Source: Capsulimonadaceae bacterium (GTDB taxonomy: Bacteria > Armatimonadota > Armatimonadia > Armatimonadales > Capsulimonadaceae). Taken from it: a stretch of 64,000 bases of DNA. Shown piece by piece: positions 10,020 to 19,409 of this stretch. A program made the position numbers and the translations under genes. The stretch spans positions 576,001 to 640,000 of the forward strand of contig OZ244065.1 of assembly GCA_965215505.1 (NCBI GenBank), written 5' to 3'. The first letter of the stretch is position 1. Each line of letters begins with the position of its first letter. The notes below the pieces were generated by a model that was not told where the DNA came from, searched no databases, and worked only from the letters and a program-made list of their open reading frames with translations.

Positions 10020-11033
10020 ATGCAGCCTTCCATCACCGACGCGCCCGCCGCCCCCGGCCTGACCGAGACGCTGGCGAACCTGAACATCCTGTGGATACTC
10101 GCCATCATCGCCGGGCTGACCCTGCTGCGCCTGGCTTTCGTGTACCTCCCTTCCGACCACGCCCGCTCCTTCGCCGAGATACTGGAGTCTGGGATGATTG
10201 CCGTCGCGCTGGTCTTCCTGATCATCCGCCCGTTCGTCCTGCAAGCCTTCTTCATCCCCTCCCCCTCCATGGAGCCGACGCTGCTGGGCAAGGACGGGGC
10301 GGGGGACCGCATCCTGGTCAACAAGTTCGGGTATCGGCTCGGCAGGCCGCAGCGCGATGACGTCGTCGTCTTCCTCGCGCCCCCCGCCGCCATGGCCGGA
10401 GACCCCGAGTTCATCAAGCGCCTGATCGGCCTGCCCGGCGACCGCCTGGAGTCGGTGGCGGGCGTCGTCACCATCAACGGCAAGCCGTACAACCATCAGG
10501 ACATCCGGCAGAAGCTGGCCGACGACGGCGAGTTCGGGCCGGAGGCGCAGACGAACCCGGGGTCGGACTTGCAGGCGGATCACCACGTCAAGTTCGTCGC
10601 CGACGGCGTCCTGGCCGACAACCGCTTGATCAGCAAAGAGCGGCTGGCGCAGATCTTCACCGGACAGAAAGACATCCCCGTAACCGTGACGCCGGGCTAC
10701 AACATCCGCAACGGGGAGAGGCTGGCCGAGCCGTTCATCGCCGAGGACCCCGACTACGACATGAAGATCTACAACGGCGAGCCGCTCAAGCACGAACACG
10801 GGCCGTACCAGGAGGACTTCAAGCTGGGGGACAGGTCCATCAGTGTGATGGACTTCCAGCAGGACTTCGCCAAGCCGACCGAGCCGATCCCTGCCGACCA
10901 TTACATGATGATGGGCGACAACCGTAACGACAGCCGTGACAGCACGGTCTGGGGTCCGCTGGAGGCCCGCCGGGTCGTCGGCCGGGCGCAACTCATCTTC
11001 TGGCCGCCCTCGCGGCTGGGCATCATTCACTAG
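10020..11033 (+). CDS. lepB: Signal peptidase I (copy 1)
   Basis: IPSPSMEPTL (Ser), FIKRLIGLPGD (Lys), GDNRNDSRDS. Confidence 0.93.
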   Translation: MQPSITDAPAAPGLTETLANLNILWILAIIAGLTLLRLAFVYLPSDHARSFAEILESGMIAVALVFLIIRPFVLQAFFIPSPSMEPTLLGKDGAGDRILVNKFGYRLGRPQRDDVVVFLAPPAAMAGDPEFIKRLIGLPGDRLESVAGVVTINGKPYNHQDIRQKLADDGEFGPEAQTNPGSDLQADHHVKFVADGVLADNRLISKERLAQIFTGQKDIPVTVTPGYNIRNGERLAEPFIAEDPDYDMKIYNGEPLKHEHGPYQEDFKLGDRSISVMDFQQDFAKPTEPIPADHYMMMGDNRNDSRDSTVWGPLEARRVVGRAQLIFWPPSRLGIIH

Positions 11034-11066
11034 GCCGGGCTGGAACCCGCCCGGTCGGGCGAACAC

Positions 11067-12659
11067 ATGGCGCGCCCTACAGGCCGTTCCTACAGGAAGA
11101 ACGGTCAAAATCAACAGAAGAACGGTCATAACCGATCGGTTTACGACGTCATCATTTCCGGGGCCGGTCCCGTCGGGCTGTTCCTTGCCTGTGAACTGGC
11201 TTTGGCCAAATGTACCGTGCTGATACTGGAAAAAGCGGAGGATCCGCATTCGCCTTTGAAGCAGCTTCCTTTCGGGATCAGGGGACTTTCGGCCCCCACC
11301 ATTGAGGCGCTTGACCGCCGTGGGCTGCTCAAAGAGCTTGAGGTCCATAAGGGCCTTAAAAATCCTCACCAGAATGCCGCAACGGGGCCGCGCCGTCAGG
11401 CAGGACACTTCGCCGGCATTCCATTCCATGACGGCGACATTGACACTTCGCAGTGGAAGCATCGCCTGCCAAGCTCCACCGACGCCAGTTTGATCTCCGA
11501 AATGGCGGAGCTTGAAACCGTGCTGGCCCGCCGCGCGGAAGCGTCGGGGGTGGAGATCAGGCGCGGGGTTCCCACCACTGACTTTCATCAGACCGAGGAC
11601 GGGGTGACTGTACAGTCAGGGGAACTCTCTTTCCAGAGTGAATGGCTCGTCGGCTGCGATGGGAGCCGCAGCGCTGTCCGCAAGACGGGCGGTTTTGGAT
11701 TCGCCGGTACAGAGCCGGAATTCACCGGCTACACGACCAAGGTTGACATGGCCGACCCGGAGAAGCTCGAGCCGGGCCGGAACATGACACCCGCCGGCAT
11801 GTACATGCAATCGCAGCCTGGTTTCGTAGTCATGCAGGATTTTGATGGCGGGGCGTTTCACGATTCACAAAGCCCCGTCACGCTTGAACATGTACAAGCG
11901 GTCCTGCGCCGCATCTCGGACACCGATGTCACCATCAATGCCCTGCACATAGCGACCACATGGACCGACCGAGCACGGCAGGCCACGGCCTACCGCAGCG
12001 GGCGGATATTTTTGGCCGGCGATGCCGCGCACATCCATTCGCCGCTGGGAGGCCAAGGGCTGAACCTGGGACTGGGCGATGCCATGAACCTGGGCTGGAA
12101 GCTCGCCGCAGCCATCCAAAAGAAAGCGCCGGAGGGCTTGCTGGACAGTTACCAGACGGAACGACACCCCATCGGTGCAAAAGTCCTGGATTGGTCACGC
12201 GCCCAGGTCGCCATCATGAATCCGGGACCACAGGCCCGCGCGCTGAACGCGATTCTCCGCGATCTGATGAACACGCGCGATGGCGCTACCTATTTTGCCG
12301 GGAGGGTGTGGGGCGTCTCCACTCATCATGACCTTGGCGGCGGCCACCCTCTCGTGGGTCACAGCGTTCCCAATTTTGAATTCGAGGACGGCGCGATGAT
12401 GGGCGAGCTGATGCATGACGGCCAGGGGATACTGCTCGATTTCGACAGGAATGCCGCTCTCAAAACCCTGGCAGGTGAATATGGCGGCCGAGTGAGGTAC
12501 GTTCCGGGCCGGGCGAAAGAACGGTTAGGCTTGAGCGCCGTGTTGACGCGCCCTGATGGGTTTGTCGTCTGGGCTTCCGACAGCGAACCTGATGAGCGGT
12601 CGTTCACAGAAGCGGCATCCCACTGGTTTGCTCGACAGCCTGGAGTTGCAGCAGCATGA
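11067..12659 (+). CDS. FAD-dependent aromatic monooxygenase (group A; PheA/Rox-like family)
   Basis: GAGPVG, GCDG, GDAAHIHSPLGGQGLNLGLGDA, C-terminal RPDG; real start may be slightly downstream. Confidence 0.88.
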   Translation: MARPTGRSYRKNGQNQQKNGHNRSVYDVIISGAGPVGLFLACELALAKCTVLILEKAEDPHSPLKQLPFGIRGLSAPTIEALDRRGLLKELEVHKGLKNPHQNAATGPRRQAGHFAGIPFHDGDIDTSQWKHRLPSSTDASLISEMAELETVLARRAEASGVEIRRGVPTTDFHQTEDGVTVQSGELSFQSEWLVGCDGSRSAVRKTGGFGFAGTEPEFTGYTTKVDMADPEKLEPGRNMTPAGMYMQSQPGFVVMQDFDGGAFHDSQSPVTLEHVQAVLRRISDTDVTINALHIATTWTDRARQATAYRSGRIFLAGDAAHIHSPLGGQGLNLGLGDAMNLGWKLAAAIQKKAPEGLLDSYQTERHPIGAKVLDWSRAQVAIMNPGPQARALNAILRDLMNTRDGATYFAGRVWGVSTHHDLGGGHPLVGHSVPNFEFEDGAMMGELMHDGQGILLDFDRNAALKTLAGEYGGRVRYVPGRAKERLGLSAVLTRPDGFVVWASDSEPDERSFTEAASHWFARQPGVAAA

Positions 12660-12721
12660 CTGGAACGATAAATCATTGATAGGTGCGAGCCTCGTGTTCG
12701 CCCGTCCTGAAGGAGTATCTC

Positions 12722-13717
12722 ATGCCGGATGCCGCTTCCACGCCCAGCCTCTCCGAGACGCTGGCGAACCTCCCCGTCCTCTGGATACTGTTCCTCGTGG
12801 CCGGGCTGACCGTGCTGCGGCTGGGCTGCCTCCGCGTGTCCTCCCCCGCCGCCCGGTCCTTTGCCGAGATGGCTGAGACGGGCCTGTTCGCGGTTTCCCT
12901 GGTCTTCCTGATCCTGCGGCCGTTCTTCCTCCAGGCGTTCTACATCCCCAGCGCCTCGATGGAGCCGACTTTGCAGGGCAATAGCCAGGCCAAAGACCGC
13001 ATCCTCGTCAGCAAGTTCCAGTACCGCCTGCACACGCCCCGGCGCGACGACGTCGTCGTCTTCCTCGCCCCGCCCGCCGCCATGGGCGGCGACCCGCCGT
13101 TCGTCAAGCGCCTGATCGGGCTGCCCGGCGACCGGGTGGAGGCGGTGGCAGGCTATGTCACGGTCGGTGGCCGGCGGTATGGTCACGCGGACGTCCGTGC
13201 GGCCCTGGGCGCGGCGGGCGCGTTCGGCCCCCAGGCACAGGCCGAAGGGGTGGATCAGGCGTTCCACCACGTCCGCTTCGTCGCCGGGGGCGTCCTGGCG
13301 GACAAGAAGCCGGTCGGCGCGGAAACTCTGGCGAAGGCGCTGACCAACATGCCCCATGCCCCGGTCGTGGTGCATCCCGGCTACAACATCCGCAACGGGG
13401 AGAGGCTGGCCGAGCCGTTCATCGCCGAGGACCCTGACTACGACATGAAGATCTACAACGGCGAGCCGGTCAAGCACGAGCATGACCCAAGCCAGCCCGA
13501 GTTTAAATGGGACGGTCAGCCCATCGCGGCCTCCGATTTCGCTTCCGAGTACGCGCGGCCCACGGAGCCGCTGCCCGCCGGTCACTATCTGATGATGGGC
13601 GACAACCGCAATGACAGCAACGACGGCACCAACTGGGGGCCGCTGGAAGCCTGGCGCGTCGTCGGCCCCGCCCGCTTCGTCTTCTGGCCCCCCGCCGACG
13701 TGGGCGTCGTCCATTGA
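12722..13717 (+). CDS. lepB: Signal peptidase I (copy 2)
   Basis: IPSASMEPTL, FVKRLIGLPGD, GDNRNDSND; AAGGAG RBS. Confidence 0.9.
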   Translation: MPDAASTPSLSETLANLPVLWILFLVAGLTVLRLGCLRVSSPAARSFAEMAETGLFAVSLVFLILRPFFLQAFYIPSASMEPTLQGNSQAKDRILVSKFQYRLHTPRRDDVVVFLAPPAAMGGDPPFVKRLIGLPGDRVEAVAGYVTVGGRRYGHADVRAALGAAGAFGPQAQAEGVDQAFHHVRFVAGGVLADKKPVGAETLAKALTNMPHAPVVVHPGYNIRNGERLAEPFIAEDPDYDMKIYNGEPVKHEHDPSQPEFKWDGQPIAASDFASEYARPTEPLPAGHYLMMGDNRNDSNDGTNWGPLEAWRVVGPARFVFWPPADVGVVH

Positions 13718-14346
13718 CCACTCCCCTCGTTGACCTATGGTGGTTCGAGACGGGCGCGCGTGACGCGGGCCACCGGCGCATCGCTGGGCTGGATGAGGTC
13801 GGGCGCGGGCCGCTGGCCGGGCCGGTCGTCGCCGCCTGCGTCGTCCTGCCGGACGGCTTCTCGATCGACGGCATCAACGACTCCAAGAAGCTCACGGAGC
13901 GTCAGCGGGAGCGGGCCGAGGTCCGCATCCGGGCCGAGGCCGTCGCCATCGGTCTGGGCGTCGTGGAGCCTGAGACGATAGACCGCATCAACATCTTGCA
14001 GGCGACTCGGCTCGCGATGCGCGAGGCGTTCCTGCTGCTTGACCCGCCGCCCGACTGTGTCCTGATTGACGGCCTCCCCGTGCCGGCCTTCCCCTGCCCG
14101 CACCAGCAAGCCCTCGTCGGCGGCGACGGCCTGTGCGCCTCCATCGCCGCCGCCTCCATCGTCGCCAAGGTGGCCCGTGACCGGATGATGCGTGCCTATG
14201 ACGCCGTGTACCCGGAATACGGCTTTGCCGGACACAAAGGCTACGGCGCGGCGAAACACCTGGAAGCACTGCGCGTCCACGGCCCCTGCCCCATCCACCG
14301 CCGGTCCTTCTCGCCCGTCGCCGCCTGCTTTGAGCGGTCCGGGTAG
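13714..14346 (+). CDS. rnhB: Ribonuclease HII
   Basis: GLDEVGRGPLAGPV, DSKKL, SIAAASIVAKVARD. Confidence 0.95.
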   Translation: MTTPLVDLWWFETGARDAGHRRIAGLDEVGRGPLAGPVVAACVVLPDGFSIDGINDSKKLTERQRERAEVRIRAEAVAIGLGVVEPETIDRINILQATRLAMREAFLLLDPPPDCVLIDGLPVPAFPCPHQQALVGGDGLCASIAAASIVAKVARDRMMRAYDAVYPEYGFAGHKGYGAAKHLEALRVHGPCPIHRRSFSPVAACFERSG

Positions 14347-14350
14347 TCCC

Positions 14351-14752
14351 ATGACAGACGCCCGCAAGGCGACCGGGGCGCGCGGCGAGCGCGAGACCCT
14401 GGACTTCCTGGAGGCGCGCGGGTATCGCGTCGTGGACACCAACGTCCGCCCTCTGGGCGGCATGGCGCGCGGCGAGATCGACGTCATCGCCTGGGATGGC
14501 GAGTATCTCGTCTTTTGCGAGGTCAAGACGCGCCGGACCGCCCTGGGAAACCAGGGGACGCCCGCCGAGGCCGTGGACGCTCGCAAGCAGAGGCAGCTCA
14601 CGCGGCTCGCACTCGCCTACATCGCCAAGCACGACCTGGACGATGTCCCCTGCCGCTTCGACGTCGTCGAGGTCGTCCGCCGCCCGCCCCACCCGCCCCA
14701 GATCCGTCTGCTGCGCGACGCCTTCCAGCCCGTCGAGCCGGGTGACCCGTGA
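14351..14752 (+). CDS. yraN: YraN family putative nuclease
   Basis: GEIDVIA...FCEVKTR...CRFDVV; follows rnhB. Confidence 0.88.
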   Translation: MTDARKATGARGERETLDFLEARGYRVVDTNVRPLGGMARGEIDVIAWDGEYLVFCEVKTRRTALGNQGTPAEAVDARKQRQLTRLALAYIAKHDLDDVPCRFDVVEVVRRPPHPPQIRLLRDAFQPVEPGDP

Positions 14753-14793
14753 TGCCGATTGACAAGGCCCCCGGCCTGTGCTAGAATGACGGC

Positions 14794-16119
14794 ATGGCGG
14801 ACACGATCACCTACCCCGAGCGGCTGCCCCTTTCCCCTGTTCCCGGCCCCGTCCATGCCTCCGTCTCCCTGCCCGGCTCCAAGAGCATCACCAACCGCGC
14901 CCTGCTCCTCGCCGCCCTCGCCGACGGGGAAAGCCTGCTGCGCGCCCCCCTGCATTCCGAAGACACCCTCTACATGGCCCAGGCATTGCGCGGTCTGGGC
15001 GTCGCCGTGGAGGAAACGCCGGAACACGACTTCCGCGTCACCGGGGCGGGAGGCATGCTCCGCGCACCGCACAAGCCCCTCTTGATCGGCAACTCCGGGA
15101 CGACGGTCCGGTTCCTGACCGCCGCCGCCTGCCTCGTGCCGGTCGGCACGGACGTGACGCTTGACGGCGTCGCCCGGATGCGGGAGCGGCCCATCAGTGA
15201 CCTGATCGGCGCTCTGCTGACCCTGGGCGTCGGGGCGGAGTGCGTGAACGGGCACGGCTGCCCGCCCGTCCGCGTGCGCGGCGGGGGGATGGCCGGGGGA
15301 CGGTGCCGCCTGCGCGGGGACGTCAGCAGCCAGTTCCTCACGGCCCTGCTCCAAGTCGCCCCCTACGCCCGGACCGACGTCGAGATCGAGATCCTCGGCG
15401 AGCTGGTTTCCAAGCCCTACGTTGACATCACCCAGGCGGTCATGGCCTCGTTCGGCGTCGGCATGAAGAATGACGGATACCGCACCCTGGGAGTCGAGGC
15501 CGGGCAGCGGTACGCCGGGCGCGAGTATGCCGTCGAGGCCGACGCCTCCAATGCCTCCTACTTCCTGGCGGCGGCAGCCGTGACCGGCGGGACGGTGACT
15601 TTGAAAAACCTCGGCGCGTCGTCCATTCAGGGCGACATCCGCTTTGTGGACGTGCTGGAACGCATGGGCTGCGCCGTCACGCACGGCGTGGGAACGATCA
15701 CGCTCACCGGCCCCGCCCGACTCCGCGGCATCGAGGCGGACATGGAGGCGATCCCGGACACGGCGCAGACCTTAGCCGTCGTCGCCGCCTTTGCCGACGG
15801 CCCTTCACGCCTGAGCGGGCTTGCCAGCCTGCGCGTGAAAGAGACCGACCGGGTCCACGCCGTCGCCCGCGAGCTGCCCAAGCTCGGCGTCCGTGTCGTG
15901 GAGGGGCCGGACAGTTGGATCATCCACCCTCACGCCGGGGGCGACAACGCGCCGGCGGAGATCGTCACCTATGACGACCACCGCATGGCGATGTCCTTCG
16001 CCGTCGCGGGCCTGCGCCTGCCGGACGTCGTCATTAACAACCCCGCCTGCGTCGCCAAGACGTTCCCGGACTTCTGGGCGCGCTGGGGGGCCGCTTTTTA
16101 CGAGAAAGACCTGCTATGA
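14794..16119 (+). CDS. aroA: 3-phosphoshikimate 1-carboxyvinyltransferase
   Basis: LPGSKSITNR, GNSGTT, SSQF, RVKETDR, DDHRMAM. Confidence 0.96.
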   Translation: MADTITYPERLPLSPVPGPVHASVSLPGSKSITNRALLLAALADGESLLRAPLHSEDTLYMAQALRGLGVAVEETPEHDFRVTGAGGMLRAPHKPLLIGNSGTTVRFLTAAACLVPVGTDVTLDGVARMRERPISDLIGALLTLGVGAECVNGHGCPPVRVRGGGMAGGRCRLRGDVSSQFLTALLQVAPYARTDVEIEILGELVSKPYVDITQAVMASFGVGMKNDGYRTLGVEAGQRYAGREYAVEADASNASYFLAAAAVTGGTVTLKNLGASSIQGDIRFVDVLERMGCAVTHGVGTITLTGPARLRGIEADMEAIPDTAQTLAVVAAFADGPSRLSGLASLRVKETDRVHAVARELPKLGVRVVEGPDSWIIHPHAGGDNAPAEIVTYDDHRMAMSFAVAGLRLPDVVINNPACVAKTFPDFWARWGAAFYEKDLL

Positions 16120-16505
16120 ACGGTGAAGAGTTTTCCCAAGTCGGCGTCGCCGGGGCCTTGGCCCACGCCTACGCGCAGGACGCCCGGACGTTCCTGCCCC
16201 TGCTGGGCCAGGTCTTGACGAGCGCCCTGCCCGATGAAACCGTTGTCGAGCGAAAGGGCGGCCTGTTCCAGCGGGAGAAGCCCATCCGCAAGGTGCTGGT
16301 GACATTGGGCGACACGATCTACACGCTGGAAGACTTGGGGCGCGGCCCGCTGTCCGCCTCGCGCGTCAAAGTCGTCCGGGGCATCACGCTCAAGACCGAC
16401 TCGGTGCCCGTTGAAGAGTGGCTGGCCGACCTCAGCGCCCACGTCGCTGGCCGCGCCCAGCAGAACGAGAAGGCCTTTTTCGCGCTCAAGAACCTGCTGG
16501 ATTAG
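16116..16505 (+). CDS. Conserved hypothetical protein
   Basis: 129-aa ORF coupled to aroA; VVRGITLKT motif. Confidence 0.7.
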   Translation: MNGEEFSQVGVAGALAHAYAQDARTFLPLLGQVLTSALPDETVVERKGGLFQREKPIRKVLVTLGDTIYTLEDLGRGPLSASRVKVVRGITLKTDSVPVEEWLADLSAHVAGRAQQNEKAFFALKNLLD

Positions 16506-16513
16506 GAGCAAAC

Positions 16514-17482
16514 GTGGATCAACGCATCCAGCGCGTCTATGCCGAGACGCCTTACTGGCTGCAAGCAGCCGCCGTCCCAGCACTCACCGTGGCACTTATT
16601 GAGGGCGGCAAGACCGGCGACGTGTTCTGCTTCGGGGTGACGGAACCGGGCGGCAGCGTGCCGATCACGGAGGGGACGATCTTCAAGGCGGCGTCCCTCT
16701 CAAAGCAGGCCCTGCTTTATGCCGTGATGAAGACCATCGAAGCCGGAAAACTAGACGTAGAGCGCCCGCTGGCGCAGTACATGGTCACGCCGTTCGAGGC
16801 AGACGACGTTGATCTGGAACGCATCACCGCCCTCCATGTCCTCACCCACACGACCGGCTGGCACAACTGGCCCCTGGATGACGAGCTGATCACACGCGGA
16901 TGGCCTCTCGGCGAGCGATGGGCCTACTCCGGCCAGGGGTTCCTATACTTGCAGGCTGTGCTGGAAGCGATCTGGAACGAGCCTGCGGCTGATTACCTCC
17001 AGCGCCTGGTTTTTGACCCGCTCGACATGCCCGGAAGCAGCTTCCTGTGGCGGGACGAATACGCGGAGATGGCCGTAGAGGGGTTCGACCAGAACGGGGA
17101 GATTCCCGAGCATTGCCGCTGGTATCCAACGGAAGTGAACACCGGGGGCGGCCTGCACACGACGGCTCGGGAGTACGCACGCCTGCTGGAAGCGTATCTG
17201 GAGCCGAGTCTTCGCCTGCGTCATCCTGACGTGTACAGCCGCCAGGTCGCGATTGACGCGCGGCTCGGCTGGTCACTCGGCTGGGGCACCGCGGGCGATG
17301 TCCTCTGGCAGTGGGGCTACCATACCGCCTTCTGCGCCTTCGCCGCCCTCGTGCCGGAGCGCGGCCTCGGCATCGTCATCCTGACGAACGGCGCAAAAGG
17401 CCAGCGCATCAACCGCGAATGGGTCAATGCCTGGCTGGAAACGGATTTGCCGCCGTTCTATCTGAAGTCCATCGCACTCTGA
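16514..17482 (+). CDS. Serine hydrolase, beta-lactamase class C/AmpC-like family
   Basis: ASLSK (SxxK), LTHTTG, YSG; GTG start after AGGAG. Confidence 0.85.
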   Translation: MDQRIQRVYAETPYWLQAAAVPALTVALIEGGKTGDVFCFGVTEPGGSVPITEGTIFKAASLSKQALLYAVMKTIEAGKLDVERPLAQYMVTPFEADDVDLERITALHVLTHTTGWHNWPLDDELITRGWPLGERWAYSGQGFLYLQAVLEAIWNEPAADYLQRLVFDPLDMPGSSFLWRDEYAEMAVEGFDQNGEIPEHCRWYPTEVNTGGGLHTTAREYARLLEAYLEPSLRLRHPDVYSRQVAIDARLGWSLGWGTAGDVLWQWGYHTAFCAFAALVPERGLGIVILTNGAKGQRINREWVNAWLETDLPPFYLKSIAL

Positions 17483-17509
17483 AACATTGAACTCTGAAAC
17501 GAGGTAATC

Positions 17510-18397
17510 GTGCCCCTCTTCGGCAAGCGCAACGCGGACGTAGACGACCATGCTAAACAGGACCAGGAACGGCTCGCCCAGGGCCGCCTGCCGCTCGGGG
17601 CGGAGCTGCGGCTGACGGAGCTACGCAAGAACGGGAAGTTCTTCACCAGCAGCCTCAGTGTCAACGAGTTCGCGCTGTCCGTTTCGGAGGGCGTCCGCCC
17701 CCTGGGACAGGTCATGGGCAGCACCATCTACCACGTCGGCTGGCAGTACACGCCCATGTATTCCAGCACGGAACTCGTTACCCTCAGCCACGCCCAGTAT
17801 CACGCCCGGCTGCTCGCGATCTCCCGCTTGCAGCAGGAAGCGCGGGTCTTGGGCGCGCACGGCGTCATCGGCGTCCGCCTGGAGCGCCAGGCGTATGAAT
17901 GGGGCGAGAACCTGCTGGAATTCGCCGCGCGGGGAACCGCCGTCGCCCTGCCGGGCATCCCCGTCCCCGAACACCCCTTCGTCTGCGCCCTGTCCGGGCA
18001 GGAGTTCTACGCCCTGCGGCGCGGCGGGTTTGTCCCGGTCGGCGTGGCCTTCGGCACCTGCACCTACTACCACGTCGCCTCGTACCAGACTCAGTGGGTC
18101 AACCAGGGCGGCTTCTTTGGCGGCGGCATGAGGAACCAGGAGCTGACCGACTACACCCAGGCCGTCTACACCGCCCGCCACGCCGCCATGAGTCGCCTGA
18201 GCGACGAGGCCCACCGCGTCGCCGCCGAGGGCGTTGTCGGCGTGACGATTGAGGATTATATCCGGCCTCGCGAGGTGGAGGTCAACAACCAACAGCGCCG
18301 CGACCTGCTCGTCGAGTTCACCGCCCTCGGGACCGCCATCGTCGCGGCGGGCAGTGACACGCTGGCGATTGACTATGCCCTGCCGCTGACGGGCTGA
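17510..18397 (+). CDS. Tandem YbjQ-like (heavy-metal-binding domain) protein 1
   Basis: FTSSLSVNEF; two repeats of AR..A..RL..EA...GA.GV(I/V)GV...EF.A.GTA. Confidence 0.8.
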   Translation: MPLFGKRNADVDDHAKQDQERLAQGRLPLGAELRLTELRKNGKFFTSSLSVNEFALSVSEGVRPLGQVMGSTIYHVGWQYTPMYSSTELVTLSHAQYHARLLAISRLQQEARVLGAHGVIGVRLERQAYEWGENLLEFAARGTAVALPGIPVPEHPFVCALSGQEFYALRRGGFVPVGVAFGTCTYYHVASYQTQWVNQGGFFGGGMRNQELTDYTQAVYTARHAAMSRLSDEAHRVAAEGVVGVTIEDYIRPREVEVNNQQRRDLLVEFTALGTAIVAAGSDTLAIDYALPLTG

Positions 18398-18414
18398 GGC
18401 GAAGGGGCCGCGCC

Positions 18415-19134
18415 TTGTTTGTAAGCCGTTTGAGCGTGAACGAGTTCGTCCTGGCCCCCCATTTGACCGTGCTGGGCGTCGCCGTCGGTAGCATCGTCTA
18501 TGCCCTGCCGGAGCAGGAATGTCCCGAGAACAGCCGGGCCATGAAGGGGATGACCGGCGACCGGATGCGGGTCCTCCGGGCGGCCTATGACCGGCTGGAG
18601 AAGCAGGCCAATCGGCTGGGCGCATCAGGCGTCGTCGGCATCCGCATCACGCACCGCGAGGTCGCCGAGGGCCTGTGGGAGTATTCGGTCCAGGGCACTG
18701 CCATCAAAGGGTGCGCGCCCGGCGCGGGCGGACGGCCCTTCACCTGCACGCTCACGGGCCAGGACTATTTCGCGCTGACGGCCGCCGGTTACCGCCCTAT
18801 CGGCGTCGCCGTGGGCGTCTGTGTCTACTACCAGAGGTTCCACCAGCGCGTCCAGCAGGAGATCACGGGTTCCGGCCGGAACGTCGAGCGCAGCGACTTC
18901 ACGCGCGGCCTTTACACCGCCCGCCACAACGCCCTGACCGCTCTGGAAGCCGAAGCCGCCGCGCTCGGGGCGGACGGCGTCCTCGGCATCACCGTCGAGA
19001 CGAAAAGGACGCTGGACAGAAGAGGCCAGGCGACGCAGGGCATGATGATCGAGTTCACCGCCCTGGGAACTGCCGTCATAGGTGCAGGTGGCCCTGCACC
19101 GACCGTTGACTACGCGATGCCGCTCACCGGCTGA
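18415..19134 (+). CDS. Tandem YbjQ-like protein 2
   Basis: LSVNEF; two YbjQ-like repeats; paralog of neighbours. Confidence 0.75.
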   Translation: MFVSRLSVNEFVLAPHLTVLGVAVGSIVYALPEQECPENSRAMKGMTGDRMRVLRAAYDRLEKQANRLGASGVVGIRITHREVAEGLWEYSVQGTAIKGCAPGAGGRPFTCTLTGQDYFALTAAGYRPIGVAVGVCVYYQRFHQRVQQEITGSGRNVERSDFTRGLYTARHNALTALEAEAAALGADGVLGITVETKRTLDRRGQATQGMMIEFTALGTAVIGAGGPAPTVDYAMPLTG

Positions 19135-19207
19135 CGCGGCTGCAACTTAGTTGGGGCTGCCGTGTCTCTATTCAGTAAGCGGAGCGGACGGGCGATCAGG
19201 GCGAACC

Positions 19208-19359
19208 GGACGAGTGAATGAATTCACTCGCTGCGCGCCGGACCTGTCCAGGGGACAGAAGATCAGCCGAAGGATCGCCGTCGGGAACCCGTTTCCGAAA
19301 TCCGCTCCTTTGTCCCTTGGACAAATCTGAGTGGAGCGAGTGAATTCATTCACTCGTCC
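19208..19359. repeat. REP/REPIN-like element: 25-bp perfect inverted repeat, each arm internally palindromic
   Basis: GGACGAGTGAATGAATTCACTCGCT (19208-19232) and its reverse complement (19335-19359); GTGG precedes the right copy. Confidence 0.7.
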
Positions 19360-19409
19360 TTCTTCCGACCCAGCACCCCAAGTGCCGCCGCGTAACATCA
19401 GCGAAAAAC

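Noticed and set aside
16514-17482. Bona fide beta-lactamase resistance gene
   Set aside because: No signal peptide and only generic serine-hydrolase motifs; most family members are esterases or peptidases.
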